A DNA stretch of 64,000 bases from Hydrurus foetidus (Eukaryota), in assembly GCA_900617105.1 (NCBI GenBank), contig UYFQ01000006.1, forward strand, positions 1-64,000, written 5' to 3'. The number at the start of each line of letters is the position of its first letter. The stretch's first letter is position 1. Shown here piece after piece: positions 20,345 through 29,400 of this stretch. The translations under genes were made by a program, and so were the position numbers. The notes beneath the pieces were generated by a model. It made no database searches and had not been told where the DNA came from. It saw only the letters and a program-made list of their open reading frames with translations.

Positions 20345-21589
20345 ATGAATATATACAACTCCATATCAGTAAATAATTCCGAAAACGCTCCAAAAAGTAT
20401 TGGGCCATATTCTCAATCAGTATCATTTTCTCATTACAATAATATTTCAGCGCAACTGCCACTGGATTGCAAAACTGGTAGCGTTGTTACTGGTGGTGTA
20501 ATGGCGCAGGCTCGGCAGTGCTTTGAAAATATCAAGGCAATTGTGGAAAGTATTGATCATGTAATGGACGATATTGTTAGAGTCACTATATTCGTTAAAA
20601 ATATTTCCGATATTGAAACTGTGGATTTGGTGTTTACAACATTTTTTTCGAACTATTTACCGGCGCGAACGACAGTTGCTGTTGCAGAATTACCTATGGG
20701 TGCCTTGGTTCAAATTGAAGCGCTTGTATCGCACGGCGAAGGTACTATTTCAGGAGCACCACAGGCAGGGGATCTCATAAAAGTTGCTAGAAATACGAAA
20801 AATGCGCCAATTAGTCCCGTGTCTTCACAGTCGGTGGCTTTTTCTCACTACAACAATATTTCAGCTCAATTGCCTATTGATTCCAAAACAGGTGCGCTGA
20901 TAGCTGGTGGTGCAATTGAGCAGGCGAATCAGTGCTTCAACAACATTAACGCCATTTTGCAAAGCATTGGTCACGTAATGGATGATATTGTTCGAATTAC
21001 TATTTTCGCAAAAAATAATTTTGATATTGAGCTTGCAAAAGAAAGCTTTGCAAAAATTTTCCAAAATTATATTCCTGCATTGACCGTCATTCAAGTATCT
21101 GCTTTGCCAATGGATGCTTTGGTGCAAGTTGAGGCAGTTGTTTCACATGGCGATGGCACCCCTCCACAGGCACCTGAAGATTCACGAAATATAGTTATAA
21201 AAACAAATTATACTGAAAATGCACCTAATGAAACATGCTCGCAAATTGTGAGTTTTTCTCATTACAGTCATATTTCATCTCAATTACCAATAGATTCAAA
21301 AAACAATGAAATAGTTGACGGTGGTGTAAAGGAGCAGGCCTGCCAGTGTTTTAAAAATCTCAAGGCCATTGTAGAAAGTATTAATCATGTAATGGGTGAT
21401 ATTGTTAAAATAAATATCGCCCTTAAAAATATAGAAGATATTAAAGCTGTAGACGAAATTTACTTATGCTTCTTCCCGGATGGAATTCCTTCACGAAGAA
21501 CAATTGGGGTATCAGGTTTGTCAAGAGGTGCATTGATTCAAATTGACGCAGTTGTATCAAACCCTGAAGGAACGCCTCCAATAGCTTGA
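20345..21589 (+). CDS. Protein with three tandem RidA/YjgF domains
   Basis: Three repeats of NAP..SQ..FSHY..ISAQLP..QCF.N...HVM.DIV...ALVQIEA. DNA is markedly AT-rich. Confidence 0.88.
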   Translation: MNIYNSISVNNSENAPKSIGPYSQSVSFSHYNNISAQLPLDCKTGSVVTGGVMAQARQCFENIKAIVESIDHVMDDIVRVTIFVKNISDIETVDLVFTTFFSNYLPARTTVAVAELPMGALVQIEALVSHGEGTISGAPQAGDLIKVARNTKNAPISPVSSQSVAFSHYNNISAQLPIDSKTGALIAGGAIEQANQCFNNINAILQSIGHVMDDIVRITIFAKNNFDIELAKESFAKIFQNYIPALTVIQVSALPMDALVQVEAVVSHGDGTPPQAPEDSRNIVIKTNYTENAPNETCSQIVSFSHYSHISSQLPIDSKNNEIVDGGVKEQACQCFKNLKAIVESINHVMGDIVKINIALKNIEDIKAVDEIYLCFFPDGIPSRRTIGVSGLSRGALIQIDAVVSNPEGTPPIA

Positions 21590-21645
21590 TACCTGCTGAA
21601 TGAAAAGGGGTTTGTTGCACAAATGGCTTGCAGGCCGAGGCAACC

Positions 21646-22879
21646 CAATCCACCGAACTTAAGCCTCAGCCCTTGTAAACCATGTTCGGATGCGGTTTGC
21701 GGTGATTAGGTGGACGAGGCTGAGACCGCCCCTTGACGCGACGCACCGTATTGCGTGCAAGCCCCTCAATCGCGTTGCGCAGCAAGGCGGCCAACTCTCC
21801 CAAGCCCAGCGCATGCTGCGTAAGACCAGAGACGCATTCCAGCTTACAGCGGTGCTTGAGCCGCTTGAAGGCCTCCTCAATGCGCCAGCGCTGGTGGTAC
21901 AGCTCAGCGAACCACGCACAAGGGAAGTCCGCCTCAGGCAGATTCGTTGCCACCACACGCACCAACCCATCGGGCGTGATTTGCCGCACCAGCCTGACCT
22001 GCGGGGGTGTGCGTGAGCACTCGTAATCCAACGCATCCCGGTGGTTTGGAGGATTGAGCGTCACAGTCGCCTCAGGCAGATTGCCACGCATAAAAGAGCG
22101 CACAGCCACCCAGCCATTGGCCTTGTCGCAACGCATACAAAAGCGAATTCCCTTCTCATTCAAATGCGCCACCAACCAAGCGGCGGGATAGCCCCGATCC
22201 AACACCAAGACATCCCCAGGGCTGAGCTTGTCAAGCGCCTCAAACAGCATCTGACGCTCCGCATCGTGTGCGCCGTACACCTTGGCGTGAAGCGTCAATT
22301 CCGAACCCGGCAAGTACAAAGAGAACAACCGTTGATCGCCACTGGCCTGGTATCGACTCGTGTGACAGGCGCGAATGGCAGGCATCAACACAGAGGCATC
22401 AGCGGCCACCACACGCAAGCCATGCCAACGCTCGATCAGGCCAGCCGATTGGGCCAAGCCCACCACAAACGTATTCAAATCGCTCAAACATGAGCCATGT
22501 AACTTATCCCGCGCTTTGGCAAAACCACGGTCTGAGACCACGCGCTGCAAGTCGGCGCTGTATGAGAGGCTGCCAAAGAAGCTGTCCAGCATGGTTTGCT
22601 GCGATTGGCCTCGCATTGACAGCAATGCACCAACGAGGGTGGGTAAGGGGAGCTTGCGCTGGCGTGTAAAGGCCGTGGGGAAGTCAGGATGCCGTGCTAC
22701 AGCGGCGAACTCTGGCGACGTGATGTGCGCTGTGAGTTGGGTAAAAAGATATCCAAGGGTTAACCCTATATTTTCTTGTCGGAGGTAGTATCCATTGTCA
22801 AGAAAATCCTAAAATAATTAAATGAATCAACAACTTAGCGAATACATTTTACCGCAAATGGCTTAAGTTCGGTGGATTG
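21646..22879 (-). mobile_element. IS4-family insertion sequence, probably defective
   Basis: Perfect IRs CAATCCACCGAACTTAAGCC (21646-21665) and GGCTTAAGTTCGGTGGATTG (22860-22879). No target duplication seen. Confidence 0.88.
21666..22625 (-). pseudogene. IS4-family DDE transposase, apparently internally deleted
   Basis: ADAS, LDRGY and YHQRWRIEEAFKRLK motifs. The frame stays open upstream (FTRQRKLP) with no canonical start, and the C-terminal part after SGLTQHAL looks shortened. Confidence 0.7.
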
Positions 22880-23130
22880 GCTTGTAGTGGCACGCTTGAC
22901 TGGCGTCACTATATGAATCAACAATTTACGCTCTTAACTGTCGAACTCGGGAGGTGGGTCTCATGGGGCTGAATTGTCGCAGCATGGGGCGACACCGCGC
23001 CCAGTGCGGTATGTGTGACCGGCGCTGAGGTTTTTCAGGCCCCAAGCGCGGGTGCGGCACCAACCCAGCCTTGGTGGGGCTCGCTCCCCCTGGGGTGGTA
23101 CGGTGCTTGGGGCCAACTTGGTGCTGGCGC

Positions 23131-24258
23131 TTAGAACATGTGCAACACGCCGATGGAGAAGGCTTGTGGACTGAGACCTTTGGTGTCGTTCGCAACGCCC
23201 AAACCGCCGTTCAGACCCCATTTGGAAAGGTTGTTGTTGTTCATCTTCACGGCCTGGGTGTAAATCCAAGTGCGCTTAGAGAGGTAGTAGGTGTAGCCGA
23301 TAGCCAAGGTGTTGGCCTTGGCGCCACTCAAGCTGCCAGAGTCGGCTTTGAGCTGTGCCCAGCTCACGTCCATCGAACTTTGGCCCGTCAGGTCAAAGCG
23401 CGAATTGATGGCGAACGTGCTCATGTCGCAGCCCACGGCATTGCCTGTGGCTTGGCAGGCGGTAGAATTTTTGGTGCGGCCATAGTTCACGCCCACGGTG
23501 GCAGGCGCCATTTTGTAGCGGCCAGCCAGCATCCAGGTGGTTTGGTTCGCATCCCCGATGAAGGTGCCAGCGGTGGTACCTGCGATGGCTGCGGTGAATT
23601 TTTGGTAAGCGCCGCCCAAGTACATCGCGCCTTGCTCGTACTGCACGTTTAAGCCAGCGGTTTTGCCATCGTTTTTGGCAGCGCTGTTGCTCGCGTTTTC
23701 TGAACCCAAGCTGTAGGCAATTTCACCTTTCAGTCCTGACATGTTGGGGGTGCGGTAGCGCACGGTGTTGTCGTAAAAACCACCCCAACCGGTTTTGCCC
23801 GTCAGTGCGGTGTGCTGCTGCATGATGGACGCGCCCATTGAGCCCAAGCCCAACCCGCCAATGCCAGGGTCAGACCCTAGGTACACCCAAAAGGTGGGCA
23901 TGTACATCTTGCCCAAAGCGAATTCACCCCAGCTGTCGCTGGCCAGTGCCACCTGCGAGCCACGGTTGAAGTTAATGCCGCCGCCGGTGGCCCCACCGGT
24001 GCCGGTGTCGATGTTCAGACCCGCTTCCAAGCCAAAGGTGGCACGCAGCCCACCACCCAGGTCTTCGGTGCCCCGAAAGCCCAGGCGGGATGCGGTATAT
24101 GGCCCGCTTTGCACCAAAGTGCGGTTGCCCGTGGAGTCAAATTTACCGGTAACGATACCGGTGTCCACGCGCCCGTAAATCGTGACGCTGGACTGTGCTG
24201 CGGCTGCGCCGCTGAGCAGTGTCAGCACAGCGGCTGACACCCATTTGCGTTGAAACAT
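23131..24258 (-). CDS. Gram-negative trimeric porin (Burkholderiales type)
   Basis: Signal peptide ending AAA|QSSVTIYG, SRLGFRGTEDLGGGL, YYLSKRT and C-terminal Phe. Confidence 0.93.
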   Translation of the reverse strand: MFQRKWVSAAVLTLLSGAAAAQSSVTIYGRVDTGIVTGKFDSTGNRTLVQSGPYTASRLGFRGTEDLGGGLRATFGLEAGLNIDTGTGGATGGGINFNRGSQVALASDSWGEFALGKMYMPTFWVYLGSDPGIGGLGLGSMGASIMQQHTALTGKTGWGGFYDNTVRYRTPNMSGLKGEIAYSLGSENASNSAAKNDGKTAGLNVQYEQGAMYLGGAYQKFTAAIAGTTAGTFIGDANQTTWMLAGRYKMAPATVGVNYGRTKNSTACQATGNAVGCDMSTFAINSRFDLTGQSSMDVSWAQLKADSGSLSGAKANTLAIGYTYYLSKRTWIYTQAVKMNNNNLSKWGLNGGLGVANDTKGLSPQAFSIGVLHMF

Positions 24259-24289
24259 GTTGTATCTCCGAAAGGTGAATTGAAACTTG

Positions 24290-24329
24290 GCGGTACACAA
24301 AATTTCGACAGAGAAATTTTGTGTACCGC
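24290..24329. promoter_or_regulatory. Perfect 17-bp inverted repeat in the porin 5' leader
   Basis: GCGGTACACAAAATTTC-GACAGA-GAAATTTTGTGTACCGC. Confidence 0.6.
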
Positions 24330-24339
24330 GTGACCTTTA

Positions 24340-24357
24340 AATGTTATCGATAACATT
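24340..24357. promoter_or_regulatory. Perfect palindrome AATGTTATCGATAACATT, LacI-type operator candidate
   Basis: 18-bp dyad with central CG, upstream of the porin. Confidence 0.6.
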
Positions 24358-24508
24358 CACTGCTAACATTTAATGGAAATATTGCATTAAAAAATTAATA
24401 ATTTGCGTAATTACTATTTATATTTAATAAATCACATTCAATACAAGCGTTAGCAGCCATCTTATTTTTTAAAACCATCAGGTGCGCAAACTGGGTGCAG
24501 TGCTCGCC

Positions 24509-25090
24509 TTATTTCACCTTGTCCAGCAGTCGCATCATGGTAATTTTGTAAATCTGCTGCAGGGTGCTGTCGAATTCCTGGCTCTGCGTGTTTTTAAGGC
24601 GTAGCTGGAATTCTTCGATGATTTCAGCCTTGTTGTAGCCCTTGATGGCGAGCATGAAGTGGTAGCCGAACTTGTCTTTGTATTGCTGGTTCAGGTTCTG
24701 AATTAACTTGGCTTCGGCTTCGATGCATTCGTTAAGGCCCGAACCGCTTTGCTCTTTCAGTGAGTTGACTGCAATGTTTTGTGCCCGAACGCTTTTGCAA
24801 GCGAGCTCAGGGTGGCCGAGGATGGCCGACATTTGTTTGCTCTTGTCCGCCGTCTTGACCTGGGTGATCAGATTTTCATACAGGTCAACAAAGCCAGTAA
24901 AAGGCCGTTTGTCAGCGGATTGGCTCACCGCCCAGGGCGCTTGGTTGAAAACGCCATCAAGTGATTTTTCGAAATCTGCTTGGCTCATTGCATTGAGCTC
25001 GCGCACAGAAGCAGTTTGCGCACTGGCTGTTACTGAGCCTATGGCAAGGACACAAGCAGCGGTGAATTTGAGTATTTTCTTTGTGAGCAT
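24509..25090 (-). CDS. OHCU decarboxylase homolog with N-terminal Sec signal peptide
   Basis: MLTKKILKFTAACVLAIGSVTASA signal; LNAMS..F, APW, RPF, HPELA, EQ..SGL, Y..KFG..F..A and RL motifs. Confidence 0.82.
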   Translation of the reverse strand: MLTKKILKFTAACVLAIGSVTASAQTASVRELNAMSQADFEKSLDGVFNQAPWAVSQSADKRPFTGFVDLYENLITQVKTADKSKQMSAILGHPELACKSVRAQNIAVNSLKEQSGSGLNECIEAEAKLIQNLNQQYKDKFGYHFMLAIKGYNKAEIIEEFQLRLKNTQSQEFDSTLQQIYKITMMRLLDKVK

Positions 25091-25122
25091 TGCATCTCCT
25101 GGGTGTTGTTGTGAAATAACTT

Positions 25123-25815
25123 TCATGCGACGGGGCGCAACGCTTTGCGTGCATCGCGTTGCAGCGTTGCCGTAATGACCCGCATCGCCGCTGCAACCGG
25201 TGAAATTACGGGGATGTCGAAATGCGAGGCAATTCGCTCGGCACTTTGTGCCAGCGGGCCACCGCCGATGATCACAGCTTCAGCGCCATCCTGTGCAATG
25301 CAGGCCGTTACCGCCTGCTTCAGGTAATCGTCTTGTAGCGACGGATTGGCCGCCAGTTTTAGCGGGTCGCCGGGCGAAATTCGGCAGCCGCTAAAGCATG
25401 CGGCAAACCCGAGCGCTGCGACTGATGCGGTGATCGACACCTCAAGCCCGGGTGTGGTGGTGGCGATGCCAAAGCGGCGACCAGCGTGGGCGGCCTCTTG
25501 CATAGAGGCCTCTCCAATGCCTATGACCGGCACATTTACACGCTGGCGCAACGCTGCCAGACCCGGGTTGCCAAATGCAGCAATGACGATGGCCACCACC
25601 TCGGAGGCGCGGCGTTGTCCGATGGCCAGCACCTCTTGCACCGCAATGGCAAGCTCTTCATCGTTGGTAATCATGGATGCACCTCTCGGCGCCGTTTCAC
25701 TTTGCAGCGTAAATTCATCGGGCAATACGGCACGCCCCAAGCGGTGCATCATGGCGGTTGAAGCCTGGGAGGTGTTGGGATTGAGCAAAAGAACGATGGG
25801 CTTCATGGTGGGCAT
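25123..25815 (-). CDS. Asp/Glu/hydantoin racemase homolog lacking catalytic cysteines
   Basis: LLNPNTS..T and PVIGIGEA motifs. IAAFGNPG and IIGGGPLA replace the usual IACFGDPG and LGCxGM. Confidence 0.85.
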   Translation of the reverse strand: MPTMKPIVLLLNPNTSQASTAMMHRLGRAVLPDEFTLQSETAPRGASMITNDEELAIAVQEVLAIGQRRASEVVAIVIAAFGNPGLAALRQRVNVPVIGIGEASMQEAAHAGRRFGIATTTPGLEVSITASVAALGFAACFSGCRISPGDPLKLAANPSLQDDYLKQAVTACIAQDGAEAVIIGGGPLAQSAERIASHFDIPVISPVAAAMRVITATLQRDARKALRPVA

Positions 25816-25825
25816 GCAGGGGAGT

Positions 25826-27301
25826 TCAAGACAAGGCGTTTGAACGCATCTGTGCTGGCACTAATTTCGCACCAGTGACTGCACTAACGGCTGCGCCATC
25901 ATCACACTCGTCTTCTTCGATGGATTTATTGAAGGTTTCGGGTGCAAACTGCACTGCGACTCCAAAAATGCCGTACATCATGGCAATCATGGCGAACATG
26001 CCTGCTGCACCGTGCAGGTCAAACATCTTGCCCGCAGCCAATTGCGACAGCGCCCCACCCACGGTGCCCAAAGCCAGCAGAAAAGAAACCCCGAGGCCCC
26101 GCATACGGGTTGGATAAAGCTCAGGTGCATAAATCCAAATTGAGGTGTTGAGTGTTAACACGCAAAACTGGAAAAGGGCACCGAAAATCAACACCAACGC
26201 GGTGCTGCTGGTGAAGTTGCCAAAGGCCAACCCGGCCAAACAAGCAGCAATGGCGCCGATGGTGAGCACCCGTTTGCGTGGAAAGTGGTAGCCCATCACA
26301 GAGGCGGCAATGGCGCCAAACAAGCTGCCGCTTTGCATCACGATGGTGAAGGCAAAACTTTTGGTGATGGAGTAACCCTGCGCCACCAGAATCGTTGGCA
26401 TCAAGGTCAGCACCGACAACTGCGCACCAAACGTCATCCACGATGCAATACCCACCGCAATGGTGCGGCGTGCATAGCCGCCGCTGAAGATGTCGCCAAT
26501 CGACGTTTTACGCACCGGTTCTTGGTCAGCTTGTGGCGCTGCAGTGATGTATTCGTGAATCGGAAAACGCCCATTGGCCAGTTGCCCGCTGGCCAGCATC
26601 GACAACACTTTGTTGGCATCGTCGATTTTCCCCTGCGACAGCAAGTAGCGCGGCGTTTCAGGAATAAAACGCCGGTAAAACACAATAAAAACAGCGGGCA
26701 ACACCAAGCAAGCAAACATCCAGCGCCAGGCGTTTTCGCCCGGGAAAATGGCAAACACGGCCAAGGCAAACGCGGGTGCCAGCATGTTGCCAAGACCACC
26801 GCCACCGACATTAATTATGCCAACCGCCGTACCGCGAAAACGCGACGAACAAAATTCTGCCAACATGGTGACGGCGGTGGTGATTTCGCCGCCCAATCCG
26901 AGTCCGACGATAAAGCGCCCCACTGCCAGCACTGCATAGTTGGGTGCGGTGGCGCAAAGAATGGCACCAAAAGTGAACAGAGCCAGATTCACATTGAGCA
27001 TGTAGCGTCGGCCTTTGCGGTCGGCAAAGTAGCCCGAGCCGATCCGACCAATAGCCGCAGCAATGAAGGTAACGGTATTGAGAAAGCCGATATCGGTTGC
27101 GCTCAAGCCCCAATGCTGCCTTAGCAACGGGCCGACCAGTCCGACTGCGTTTTGCTCGAACACATCAAACAGCACACCGCATACCACCAAAAAAATGATG
27201 CTCTTGTGCGAACGAGTGACACCGATGCCATTCAGCGCAGACTCAAGTTGGCGCATCTGCTCAGTTTTCGGTGCCGACGAAATGATTACATCTCCAGCCA
27301 T
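25826..27301 (-). CDS. MFS transporter
   Basis: ADRKGRR motif A, GRFIVGLGLGGE, PETPRYL and PELYPTRMR motifs. Confidence 0.92.
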   Translation of the reverse strand: MAGDVIISSAPKTEQMRQLESALNGIGVTRSHKSIIFLVVCGVLFDVFEQNAVGLVGPLLRQHWGLSATDIGFLNTVTFIAAAIGRIGSGYFADRKGRRYMLNVNLALFTFGAILCATAPNYAVLAVGRFIVGLGLGGEITTAVTMLAEFCSSRFRGTAVGIINVGGGGLGNMLAPAFALAVFAIFPGENAWRWMFACLVLPAVFIVFYRRFIPETPRYLLSQGKIDDANKVLSMLASGQLANGRFPIHEYITAAPQADQEPVRKTSIGDIFSGGYARRTIAVGIASWMTFGAQLSVLTLMPTILVAQGYSITKSFAFTIVMQSGSLFGAIAASVMGYHFPRKRVLTIGAIAACLAGLAFGNFTSSTALVLIFGALFQFCVLTLNTSIWIYAPELYPTRMRGLGVSFLLALGTVGGALSQLAAGKMFDLHGAAGMFAMIAMMYGIFGVAVQFAPETFNKSIEEDECDDGAAVSAVTGAKLVPAQMRSNALS

Positions 27302-27387
27302 GTTAGTACCTCAAGTGGGGTTATTTGCAATGCGCAGGTTCTGCCGCCGCTGTTGAGCAGCAGTTACCTGTGTAAGCAATGTTGATA

Positions 27388-27431
27388 GAAAAACATTTTT
27401 CACATATCAATGTTAAAGAAAAATATTTTTC
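27388..27431. promoter_or_regulatory. Tandem palindromic operators GAAAAAYATTTTTC, candidate RpiR sites
   Basis: GAAAAACATTTTTC (27388-27401) and perfect palindrome GAAAAATATTTTTC (27418-27431), 30 bp apart. Both are preceded by CAATGTT. Confidence 0.6.
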
Positions 27432-27498
27432 ATTAACATAGGTGTGAACCCTAGTAGCCCGCGCAGATTGGGCTGTGCTTGGGTCGCTCTTGAGTCGG

Positions 27499-28404
27499 TT
27501 AGAGAGGGTTCTGGGGCCGGTCTGCGGCCTCTTCGGAGCGCAGTTCGGCTAATGACTCATGGGCTGCCTCAACCAGCGACAATCGCCGCCGGCCGGCACT
27601 GCCTGCCTGTGTCATAACCCGGCTGGCAAGCAAGTCGCACAGCAGCATCAGTGCCACATGGTTGTCGAGCGGCCCTGGGGCGGCCGAGTGGCAGCGCAAA
27701 ACCCACTGCGCTTTTACGTTGGTGCGCGACAACTGGTCAGTGATGTAGACCACCTGGGCACCCGCTGCACTGGCTTGGCTGGCAAAGCGGCTGGCTATTG
27801 CCTGGCTGCGGCGCAGCGCAAACACCACCAACATATCACTTTTGCCCATATCAACGGCATATTCGCCCAGCGTTTCACCCGGGCCGGGAATGAGTTGTGT
27901 GCGTGGCAGCAACTGTGCCAGCTGCCAGCGCAGATAGGCCGCAAAGTGCTGGTTGTTGCGATAGCCCATAAACCAGACACTGCGGGCATTGACCAGGGCA
28001 TCGCCAATGGCTTGAATGGTGGCTTCCGAAATTTGACTAAAGGTTGCTGCGATGTTCTGTTGCGCCAGCAAAATGTGCGCTTCAATCGCGCTTTCGGGCG
28101 CACCGGTGGTTAACGGCTTTAAAAAAAGCGGCGAACCTTCAGCTCGTGCCTCACGCGCATGGCGCCGCGCTGCTTCATAACTGCCATAGCCCAGCCGGTG
28201 GATAAAACGGGTTACCGTGGCATTGGAAACATGCACCAACGCTGCCAACTCAGAGGCGTTATAGCTTGCCAAATCACCCGGGAAGTCGAGTAAAAATTCA
28301 CCCAGCCGACGTTCGCTGGGCGGCAAAGCATCCAGCATTTGGCGAATCTGGGCCAAAAAAGGCGGGGGGAGAGGAAGTGGGGGAAGGTGTGTGGGCGAAG
28401 TCAT
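27499..28404 (-). CDS. MurR/RpiR-family regulator (HTH-SIS)
   Basis: LPPSERRL..VSNATVTRF..LGY HTH and SIS domain. Confidence 0.9.
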   Translation of the reverse strand: MTSPTHLPPLPLPPPFLAQIRQMLDALPPSERRLGEFLLDFPGDLASYNASELAALVHVSNATVTRFIHRLGYGSYEAARRHAREARAEGSPLFLKPLTTGAPESAIEAHILLAQQNIAATFSQISEATIQAIGDALVNARSVWFMGYRNNQHFAAYLRWQLAQLLPRTQLIPGPGETLGEYAVDMGKSDMLVVFALRRSQAIASRFASQASAAGAQVVYITDQLSRTNVKAQWVLRCHSAAPGPLDNHVALMLLCDLLASRVMTQAGSAGRRRLSLVEAAHESLAELRSEEAADRPQNPL

Positions 28405-28459
28405 GGCAAGCAAGTGGCTGGCCTGATTTTATTGCACTGCCAGCATCTGCGAGGTGTAT

Positions 28460-28579
28460 CCGCAGCTTTAGGAGGGCTGCGACGCGCAGAAGGATGACGG
28501 TGTGAAAACCGAGCCAGATTGGGATCTGGCGGCACAATCGGTGCCCGAATTTGAGGTCGATCAGCACATCAATTGGTGA
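28460..28579 (+). mobile_element. 3' tail remnant of an IS91-like transposase
   Basis: Translates PQL*EGCDAQKDDGVKTEPDWDLAAQSVPEFEVDQHINW*, which I recall as the C-terminus of betaproteobacterial IS91-family transposases (not verified). Confidence 0.55.
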
Positions 28580-28690
28580 CTGCGTGAAGCGGCGATTTCG
28601 GCAGCTGGAGCAAAGCGGCCTTGTAGCCCTCGATGAAACGCAAAGCCTGATCGCGGGGAAGGAGCATGTTTTGTGGGCTAACTCTCATGT

Positions 28691-28843
28691 TCACACTACA
28701 CCACTTTGAAGCGAAGACATGGGGATCGGGTTTTCAGTGACGGCACTGGTGATGAATGGGTTGATGGATACATTGTCTTTCTGTGCCCAGCCCTTGAGGC
28801 GTTGGTGCATGGACTCGGGCAACTGAAAGCTTATGGTGCTCAT
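28691..28843 (-). pseudogene. Truncated ribbon-helix-helix (HicB-like) antitoxin
   Basis: MSTISFQLPESMHQRLK.WAQKDNVSIN.FI..AV.E then diverges; no toxin partner. Confidence 0.6.
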
Positions 28844-28938
28844 GCTTGGACTCCACTTTTCAAAATACGCGGCCTCAGATTGACACCGCGCCATCGCTTC
28901 AGGAATTGTGCCAGCACGCCCACCCGCGATAATCGGGC

Positions 28939-29355
28939 ATGACCAATCTATCCTCTAAAGCTGCCGCAACATCCAGCGCCGCCAGCACTGACTTCAGCTC
29001 ACTCCCACTGAGTCCCGCCACCCTGGCCAATTTGCAACGCTTGGGTTACACCAGCATGACCCCCATCCAGGCGGCGAGTCTGCCTACGGCCTTGTTGGGC
29101 AAAGACTTGATTGCGCAGGCTAAGACGGGCAGTGGCAAGACCGCCGCCTTTGCACTGGCGCTGCTGGCGAACCTGAATGCCCGCCGTTTTGCGGTGCAAA
29201 CCATGGTGCTGTGCCCCACGCGGGAACTGGCCGATCAGGTCAGCGTGGAAATCCGCCGTTTGGCCCGCGCTGAAGACAACATCAAGGTCGTGACGCTGTG
29301 CGGTGGGGTCGCCATGCGCGGCCAAAACACCAGCCTGGAACACGGCGCGCACATT

Positions 29356-29400
<45 letters not shown>

